Assembly (NCBI GenBank): GCA_041690595.1
Contig: JAWLHB010000015.1
Span: 1-64,000, forward strand
Length of the DNA stretch: 64,000 nucleotides
Reading direction: 5' to 3'
DNA from: Lentisphaeria bacterium
GTDB lineage: Bacteria > Verrucomicrobiota > Lentisphaeria > JABSQK01 > JAWLHB01
Positions 57,869 to 64,000 of the stretch are shown here, in pieces. The translations under genes and the position numbers were made by a program. Under the pieces are notes generated by a model. The model did no database searches. It saw only the letters and a list, made by a program, of their open reading frames with translations, and had not been told where the DNA came from. Positions within the stretch are counted from its first letter, which is position 1; the number at the start of each line of letters is the position of its first letter.

Positions 57869-59395
57869 ATGATGATGCCAATACTGGAAGTCGCTGCTCT
57901 CAGTTTCCTGTACGCCACACTGGTCAGTCTGTTCGTGACGCCGATGTGCCGCACGTTTGCCCGCGAGTTGGGTGTGGTCGACAAACCCGATGGTCGCCGC
58001 AAGATCCACAAGGGGGCGATTCCCTTGAGTGGTGGTTACGGCATTATTCTCGCCTTCGTTGCCCCGATCCTCTGTCTGCTCTGGCTGCGCCCCGCGACCT
58101 TCGATCGACTTCTCGACGGCAAGTCCATCCAATTCGCGGTCCTGCTGGTGGGCGCGCTGATCGCGCTGGCGCTTGGTGGGCTGGACGACATCGTCGATCT
58201 GCGGCCGCGCTACAAACTGCTGCTGCAGTGGGTGGCGGCAACCATCGCCTTCTTTGGGGGCATCGCCATCCAATCGGTCTCGAATCCCTTTGGCGATCCC
58301 ATCCATCTGGGGGTGTGGAGCTATCCGGTTACCGTCTTCTGGTTTCTGGCCTGCATGAATGCGCTGAATCTTCTGGACGGACTCGACGGATTGGCGACGG
58401 GAGTGGGGCTTTTTGCCACGATGACGATGACGGTGGTCAGTGTGCTCTCCGACCAACCGCTCGGCATCTTCCTTGGCGCCTGTCTGAGCGGCGCTCTGCT
58501 TGGTTTTCTCGTCTTCAACTTCAATCCCGCGAGCGTCTTTCTTGGCGATGGCGGCAGCATGCTCCTTGGTTTTCTGGTTGCCGCGCTTTCGCTGATCAGC
58601 TCGACAAAGGCGGGAACGACGGTAGCGCTTCTGGTGCCATTCGTGGCGCTTGGGCTGCCGGTATTCGACACCGCGCTGGCCATGGCCCGCAGGTGGAGCC
58701 GGCGCCTGCCCATGGCGGCGGGGGATCGGCGCCACATCCATCACGTCCTGATCTCGCTCGGCCTCACGCAACGTACGGCCGTGCTCATCCTCTATCTTGT
58801 CTGCATTGCCTTCAGCACGTGCGCCCTGCTCTTGACGGCGGGCCACAATATCATCGCCACGGTGATGATAAGCTGCATGGCCGTCTTTGGTTTTGTCGGC
58901 GTTCGCGCTTTGGGAGTACTCAGCCTGGAGGACATCAGGCGCCGGGTGACTCAGGATATTGCCGCCAGCCGCAAGTGGGGAAAAGCGAGCGTGGCGGTCG
59001 AGAAGGCCATGCAGGAACTGGAGAATAGCCGCTGCGAGAATCTCGACGATATCTGGAGCGTTGTCGAAAAATCGTTTGGCGACCTTGGCGTGACGACGGT
59101 CATGCTCTACTGCCATGATGGCAGCCGGGAAACGCGCAAGCTGTGGCATGTGGAGAATGGCCCGCCGGACGACTGCAGCGACGACGGCAACGTGTGCCTG
59201 CGGGCTCGCATCAACGTAGGTGGGGAGCTTGTCGGGAGCATTGAATTCCGTCAACCCATGTGCAGCAGCGCCAACCGCGATCTGCAGCCGATCATCTTCC
59301 GTTTGCGCGACTGCTTTGCCGATCATCTTGCGAAGCATGTACATGAGCGCCCTCAGGTGGCGAATGGCGGATTCCCCGCACAGGTCGAGGCGTAG
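57869..59395 (+). CDS. wecA: Undecaprenyl-phosphate alpha-GlcNAc-1-phosphate transferase (WecA/TagO, MraY family) with a C-terminal extension
   Basis: DKPDGRRKIH, GLDD, NALNLLDGLDGLA, FNFNPASVFLGDGG and DRRHIHH motifs. Confidence 0.9.
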   Translation: MMMPILEVAALSFLYATLVSLFVTPMCRTFARELGVVDKPDGRRKIHKGAIPLSGGYGIILAFVAPILCLLWLRPATFDRLLDGKSIQFAVLLVGALIALALGGLDDIVDLRPRYKLLLQWVAATIAFFGGIAIQSVSNPFGDPIHLGVWSYPVTVFWFLACMNALNLLDGLDGLATGVGLFATMTMTVVSVLSDQPLGIFLGACLSGALLGFLVFNFNPASVFLGDGGSMLLGFLVAALSLISSTKAGTTVALLVPFVALGLPVFDTALAMARRWSRRLPMAAGDRRHIHHVLISLGLTQRTAVLILYLVCIAFSTCALLLTAGHNIIATVMISCMAVFGFVGVRALGVLSLEDIRRRVTQDIAASRKWGKASVAVEKAMQELENSRCENLDDIWSVVEKSFGDLGVTTVMLYCHDGSRETRKLWHVENGPPDDCSDDGNVCLRARINVGGELVGSIEFRQPMCSSANRDLQPIIFRLRDCFADHLAKHVHERPQVANGGFPAQVEA

Positions 59396-59494
59396 GCGCA
59401 TGAGCCGTAGCACGGAAGCACCCCTTCACTCGCACCGTCAATTGCCGCCGTCGAGTCGGCGCAGGTCCATCTCCAGACAAGGCTTGGCCACGAC

Positions 59495-60676
59495 GTGATG
59501 AAACTCGCATATATTCTGGGTACTTATGGCGTGATATCAGAAACTTTCATTCAGGATCTGGCGTCAGGCCTGAATGCGGCCGGTGATGAGCTTACCATCA
59601 TCTGTGACAGCATCAATCCCGATGGTCCGGCTGTGCCCGGCACGACTGCTCTGGTCGGCTTTGGCAAGAGCCTGATGCAGCGGCTGCGCTGGCCGCGGAT
59701 CGCTCTGCGAGCTATCGGCCCCCGGGGAGATCGTCTCAACGAGCACCTCTGTCATCGCGTTGCCTCGGGCAGATTGAGCAGCGCCCTCAGCCAACTGCGG
59801 CCCGAAGCTGCCTATGTGGATTATGGTTTCAATGCCATACACGCCTTGCCAGGTCTTCGTGCCGGACGCATCCCCTTTGTTGTGCACTTCCATGGCATCG
59901 ATGCCTCGGCCATGCTTCATGAAGGATACTATCAGGAGGCAATCCTCCCCGTTTTCCATGCCGCGTATCGGGTCATCGTACCGTCGCAGCATCTGCGTCG
60001 CCGGCTGGTGGTGGCCGGTTGCCCGCCCGAAAAGATTCGCATCATCCCGTATGCGCCTGATCTCAAGCGCTTCTCGCCTGGGGACTGGGAAGCACGCCGG
60101 CGGCTGCCGCCGACGGTCCTGAGTGTCGGTCGCCTGGTTGAAAAGAAGTGCCCACAGGCCGTCATCCGCGCCTTTGCCCTGGTGCATGGCGCCGTTCCCG
60201 AGGCGCGCCTGGTCATGATCGGAGACGGTCCGCTCATGCCGTCGTGTCGCAAGCTGGTAGCGGACATGGGGCTGGCCGAGGTGGTCGAGTTGCGGGGGCG
60301 CCAGCCGGTGGACCAGGTTGCCGCTGCCATGCAGGATGCCTGGGCTTTTGCGCAGCACTCTGTGACCGCGGGCAATGGCGATCAGGAAGGGTTGCCGGTG
60401 GCCATTCTGGAGGCATGCGCCAGGGCATTGCCGGTTGTCGCCACTCTGCACAGCGGCATCCCCGAGGAGGTCGTGGATGGGGAGACCGGCTTTCTGGTGC
60501 AGGAGTATGATTTTGAGGGAATGGCCGAGCGACTGATACGTCTCCTGCGCGACAGCGACCTGGCGGAGCGTCTGGGCAGGGCGGGTCGTTCTCATCTCGA
60601 GGCGCGCAGTCATCCGGAACAGCGCCTTATCACCGTACGCCAACTGATCCACGCCGCCGCTGGAGGTGCCGCATGA
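59495..60676 (+). CDS. GT4 (GT-B) glycosyltransferase, WcaL-like
   Basis: SETFI, HFHGID, VGRLVEKK, GDQEGLPVAILEA and HSGIPE motifs. Confidence 0.93.
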   Translation: MMKLAYILGTYGVISETFIQDLASGLNAAGDELTIICDSINPDGPAVPGTTALVGFGKSLMQRLRWPRIALRAIGPRGDRLNEHLCHRVASGRLSSALSQLRPEAAYVDYGFNAIHALPGLRAGRIPFVVHFHGIDASAMLHEGYYQEAILPVFHAAYRVIVPSQHLRRRLVVAGCPPEKIRIIPYAPDLKRFSPGDWEARRRLPPTVLSVGRLVEKKCPQAVIRAFALVHGAVPEARLVMIGDGPLMPSCRKLVADMGLAEVVELRGRQPVDQVAAAMQDAWAFAQHSVTAGNGDQEGLPVAILEACARALPVVATLHSGIPEEVVDGETGFLVQEYDFEGMAERLIRLLRDSDLAERLGRAGRSHLEARSHPEQRLITVRQLIHAAAGGAA

Positions 60677-61746
60677 ATGAACTGCTGACCCGTCCCGTCA
60701 CCACCATCGCCGCGGCGGATCCCTCGACATTTCCGCGCCTCACCGTCCATGGCAGGTGGATGGAAGAGGGGGGCCAGCCGGGACTGGTCTCCGTGATCGT
60801 TCCCGCTTACAACCGTGAAGCGGTGATCGCGGACACGCTCCGGTCCGTCTGGGACCAGCACTACCGGCCGATCGAACTGATCGTCGTGGACGATGGCTCC
60901 AGCGACGGCACCAGTGATGTCGTCGCCGGGTGGATCGACAATCTGCGCCACACGGAGCGCTTTTCGGTGAGGCTGTTGCGCCAGCGCAATGCGGGTGCGC
61001 AGGTGGCGCGGAACCATGGTCTGCTCGACGCGGGCGGCGAGTACATCCAGTTCCTGGATTCGGACGATCTTCTGGCGCCGGTGAAGCTCAGTCGCCAGGT
61101 TCGGGTGCTGGAGGCGCATTCCGAAGCCTGCTGTTGCCTGCCCATGACCCAGGAACTGATGCCTGATGGAACCCTTGGCGGGAAGAGTGGCCACTACCCG
61201 CCAATGGATTGCCTGCTTGCAGCCGCGCAGAGCAACTATATCTGCATCGGCCCGCTGTGGCGGCGGAGCGTCATTTATCGTGCCGGTCCCTGGGATGAGG
61301 AGCTGCCCTGCCGACAGGACTGGGAATATGGTGCGCGGATCGTGGCTCGCGAGGGGGGCGGCATCTTTCTGCCCGAAGTCCTCTGCTATCATCGTTTTGC
61401 GCATGGTCCCAGCATCTCGCGGCAACCCCGGCCGAGCTACGCGATCGGCCATGCCTTTGCGGCGCGGAAAGTGGCCGCGACGCTGCAGCTGCACGGGGAG
61501 CCGTCGGCAGCCGCACTCAACGAACTTGCCGCGGCCTTTTCCGCGGCTTTCATGACGCTGATGCTCGCCGGTCACCATCAGGAAGCCAAAGCGGTGTGGC
61601 AGGATGCCATGCGGCTGGCCAGCGGCTCGCGCCGTCTGCGCCTCGCGGGGATTCGTCTCGCGTGGCTGATCATGGGGGCTGGAGCAGCCAGCAAATTCAT
61701 CGCCAATCGCAAGAGTCTGTCATGCACAATTCGTTCGGCATATTGA
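60673..61746 (+). CDS. GT2 (GT-A) glycosyltransferase
   Basis: VSVIVPAYN, VVDDGSSD, ARNHG, FLDSDD and QDWEY motifs. Confidence 0.93.
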   Translation: MNELLTRPVTTIAAADPSTFPRLTVHGRWMEEGGQPGLVSVIVPAYNREAVIADTLRSVWDQHYRPIELIVVDDGSSDGTSDVVAGWIDNLRHTERFSVRLLRQRNAGAQVARNHGLLDAGGEYIQFLDSDDLLAPVKLSRQVRVLEAHSEACCCLPMTQELMPDGTLGGKSGHYPPMDCLLAAAQSNYICIGPLWRRSVIYRAGPWDEELPCRQDWEYGARIVAREGGGIFLPEVLCYHRFAHGPSISRQPRPSYAIGHAFAARKVAATLQLHGEPSAAALNELAAAFSAAFMTLMLAGHHQEAKAVWQDAMRLASGSRRLRLAGIRLAWLIMGAGAASKFIANRKSLSCTIRSAY

Positions 61747-62639
61747 CCACAGCCTGGGGCAAGCCCCGGTATCTGGAGATGGCGAAAGGGCTGGGACGTT
61801 CGCTTCTGGTTCATCAGCCGGATATCCCCCGCGCCATCATCACGGACTCCGACGATCCGGAGTTGCTGGCGCTATTCAACCGGCGCATTCAGCATCGGCC
61901 GCAGTACGGTCCGAACTTCGCTCAGAAGCTTCACCTGGATCACTACACCCCCTTCGAAGGTACCCTGTATCTGGACAGCGACTGCCTGGTAGTGCGTCCC
62001 ATCGCTCCCCTGCTTGACCTCTTCGACGGGCTCCCCTTCACCATCCCCACCAGAAGCAGACTGACCGCCGATGATGGCGACTGGGATATGGACAACGCCC
62101 GTGTGCTGGCCCACTTCAACCTGTCCAGCATCCCGAAGTTCAATGGCGGGCTGATGTATTTTACCCGCTCTGCCACGGCCAACGCGATCTTTACGACTGC
62201 CCGGGAAATCTACGCGAAGTACGAGGATATCGGCTTCTGGATGCTCCCGACGGGGAGCCCCAACGACGAGCCGATGTACGCAGTCGCGATGGAGCTTCAT
62301 GGCATCAGCGGCGTCGATGACGGCAACCGCACGATGCTGACCCCGTTCGGCATGCGTGGCTCCATGCAGGTCAACGTCTTGCGTGGCATCTGCAGCTTCA
62401 ACAAGGGTGGCCAGATCGTGAGCCCCTCGATCATCCACTTCCCTGCGGGCTGGCAGCACGATTATCGTTATCGGCGCGAGCGCAAACGGCTGGAGTTGCA
62501 CATGGATCCTACTCTGTGCAGTCGACTCTGTGAATCGTGGCTTCCTGCCGTTGCCAGCCTGGCCCCCGCCTTTCGTTACCGGGTCGGTCGCCTGCTGCGC
62601 TATTTTCGATTGCACGCATCCCTGCAAACCCATCACTGA
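61722..62639 (+). CDS. GT8-like/nucleotide-diphospho-sugar transferase
   Basis: Start MHNS at 61722. K...TPFEGTLYLDSD (DxD), FNGGLMYF, NDEP and IIHF motifs. Confidence 0.72.
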   Translation: MHNSFGILTTAWGKPRYLEMAKGLGRSLLVHQPDIPRAIITDSDDPELLALFNRRIQHRPQYGPNFAQKLHLDHYTPFEGTLYLDSDCLVVRPIAPLLDLFDGLPFTIPTRSRLTADDGDWDMDNARVLAHFNLSSIPKFNGGLMYFTRSATANAIFTTAREIYAKYEDIGFWMLPTGSPNDEPMYAVAMELHGISGVDDGNRTMLTPFGMRGSMQVNVLRGICSFNKGGQIVSPSIIHFPAGWQHDYRYRRERKRLELHMDPTLCSRLCESWLPAVASLAPAFRYRVGRLLRYFRLHASLQTHH

Positions 62640-62647
62640 CGACGATC

Positions 62648-63496
62648 ATGATCAGCTGCACGACCTATGAGACGATAGACCCGGATTGCACTGCCGCCTT
62701 GCGGCCGGTGCGAGATCCGTTCGGAGTCATCTATGTGGTCGATGACAATCCTGCCTACCTGACCATGATGCGCATGAGTATCGAGTCTTTGCGGCGCTTC
62801 CATCCAGACTGGCCGATCGAGGTGCTCAAGTTTCCTTCGCCGCGCATCTCGCCCTTGCGCCGCCTCTTCCGCTTCGGCACCTTCTGGCGGCGAGAGAAGC
62901 GCCGGCAGCGCGCTGGGCAGGACGCCCGGATGTTCTATATCAAGCTCTTCAGTTGGTTCGATTCGCCCTTTGATTCGACCTTTTTTCTCGATGTGGATAC
63001 GATCGTGAGGAAGCCGCTGGATACGTATCGGGCGGATGGGGAGCGCCATGACCTGTTGCTCTGCTCCCTGCCGTGGAAGTACTACGAGCCAATCGCGCTC
63101 GGGCAACCGGAGCGGATTCCCTACCAGATGGTCGGCGTAGTCTTCTACAATCGCCGTTTTCTGAAGGTTTACCGGCGCTATGCGCTCACTCTTGCCGAGC
63201 GCCTTCGAGACCACCCGATGCCCGACCAATTTCTCGTCAGTCTGATCTGTCAGAGTGAGAGGAAATCGCTCTCCATCCGCCAGGAGCCGCACCTGCAGAT
63301 GGATGTTTTGAATGCGGCGCATCACTTCGGCACCGGGGCCTACCAGCAGGTGGGCAGGTGCGTCGATCTGAACTATTCCGGCCTCAATCCGTTTCATGTC
63401 TTTCACTACAACGAAATGAAACCTGAGTACATGGCTCAGATTCGTCGTACGTGGGGGATACGCGGGGAGTTGCCAAAAACGGAGGTCGCCCTGTGA
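62648..63496 (+). CDS. GT8-like/nucleotide-diphospho-sugar transferase
   Basis: Start MISC at 62648. SIESLRRFHP, K...SPFDSTFFLDVD (DxD), GVVFY, DQ and FHY motifs. Confidence 0.7.
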   Translation: MISCTTYETIDPDCTAALRPVRDPFGVIYVVDDNPAYLTMMRMSIESLRRFHPDWPIEVLKFPSPRISPLRRLFRFGTFWRREKRRQRAGQDARMFYIKLFSWFDSPFDSTFFLDVDTIVRKPLDTYRADGERHDLLLCSLPWKYYEPIALGQPERIPYQMVGVVFYNRRFLKVYRRYALTLAERLRDHPMPDQFLVSLICQSERKSLSIRQEPHLQMDVLNAAHHFGTGAYQQVGRCVDLNYSGLNPFHVFHYNEMKPEYMAQIRRTWGIRGELPKTEVAL

Positions 63497-64000
63497 CTGA
63501 GATAGCCCTTGCCGCCGCCCCGGCCAATGTGACGCGGGTACTGCGTCATCCGCTTGGCCGATTATACGATCTGGCCGACGACGTGGCCTTTCACCGCTAC
63601 CTGATCACCCAGGCGCTGGACGCCTATGCCGAGGCCTGTCGCGCCCGGAATCAGCCGCTGGGTACGGCGCTCGCCATCTGCGCCAATGCCCGTGAAGCGC
63701 GTACCTTCTGCGACTATGCCTTTGACCGCATCGTCATCTCCGGTATTGTCGAGGCTGACGCCGAGATACGTGAGGCGATATCCCGGGACAAGCGTCTCAG
63801 TTACGAGCGGCAGAACGGTGAGGCGATCAACCACGCGACCCGTTCGTTCGACCTGGCCTTTGTGAAGGAGGGGCTGCACCACCTGGCTCGCCCGGTGCTG
63901 GGCGTCTACGAGATGCTCCGCGTATGCCGCCAGGGAGTGGTGATCATCGAACCGTACGAGACGCTTATCGGACGCCTCCTCGAGCGCTTCGGTCTAAGCA
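63493..64000 (+). CDS. Class I SAM-dependent methyltransferase-like protein (truncated by the window end)
   Basis: GGAGG RBS and a GTGA overlap with the upstream stop. Manual translation gives ...SFDLAFVKEGLHHLARPVLGVYEMLRVCRQGVVIIEP, typical of Methyltransf_11. Missing from the ORF track because there is no stop in the window. Confidence 0.75.
   Translation, partial: MTEIALAAAPANVTRVLRHPLGRLYDLADDVAFHRYLITQALDAYAEACRARNQPLGTALAICANAREARTFCDYAFDRIVISGIVEADAEIREAISRDKRLSYERQNGEAINHATRSFDLAFVKEGLHHLARPVLGVYEMLRVCRQGVVIIEPYETLIGRLLERFGLS

Noticed and set aside
667..59413. Long antisense or alternate-frame ORFs (e.g. 667-2796, 5905-7332, 7212-8942, 27107-29677, 33284-35269, 42459-44456, 50283-52139, 57821-59413)
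   Set aside because: They shadow well-supported genes, as expected from high-GC codon bias, and carry no recognisable motifs.
1..64000. Prophage, integron, IS or defence island
   Set aside because: No integrase, transposase, phage structural, restriction or toxin-antitoxin motifs were recognised.

Overview
This is a GC-rich bacterial chromosomal window. The tig-clpP-clpX-surA-like-rsmA-kinase block, the ebo cluster, ThiH and the corrinoid genes suggest an anaerobic PVC-superphylum (Lentisphaerae/Kiritimatiellae-like) host, but that taxonomy is inference only. The first half holds a 93-bp tandem array carrying a REP-like hairpin, thiSGH, a cation-chloride cotransporter with an acid-phosphatase lipoprotein, a beta-CASP nuclease, the tig/clpPX block and an atypical Ser/Thr kinase. 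It continues with an ebo (eboBECDF) operon lacking a canonical eboA, an enolase paralog with an altered active site, an AraC sugar-catabolism module, a 1649-aa hybrid sensor kinase and a BON/site-2-protease pair. The second half holds a lyase and esterase, rimO, a corrinoid O-demethylase-like module behind a sigma54-type promoter followed by two glycoside-hydrolase-like genes, an orphan KS-CLF-like fusion, an MCP, HMG-CoA synthase, a REC-DUF4388-pseudoGTPase-zinc-ribbon protein, and the start of a surface-glycan locus. I saw no rRNA, tRNA, CRISPR array, integrase or transposase. The best candidates for undescribed biology are the corrinoid module (possible O-methyl-sugar demethylation), the pseudo-GTPase response regulator, the altered enolase beside the eboA-less ebo operon, and the REP-like repeat family. 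All family calls come from motifs read by eye; no searches were run.
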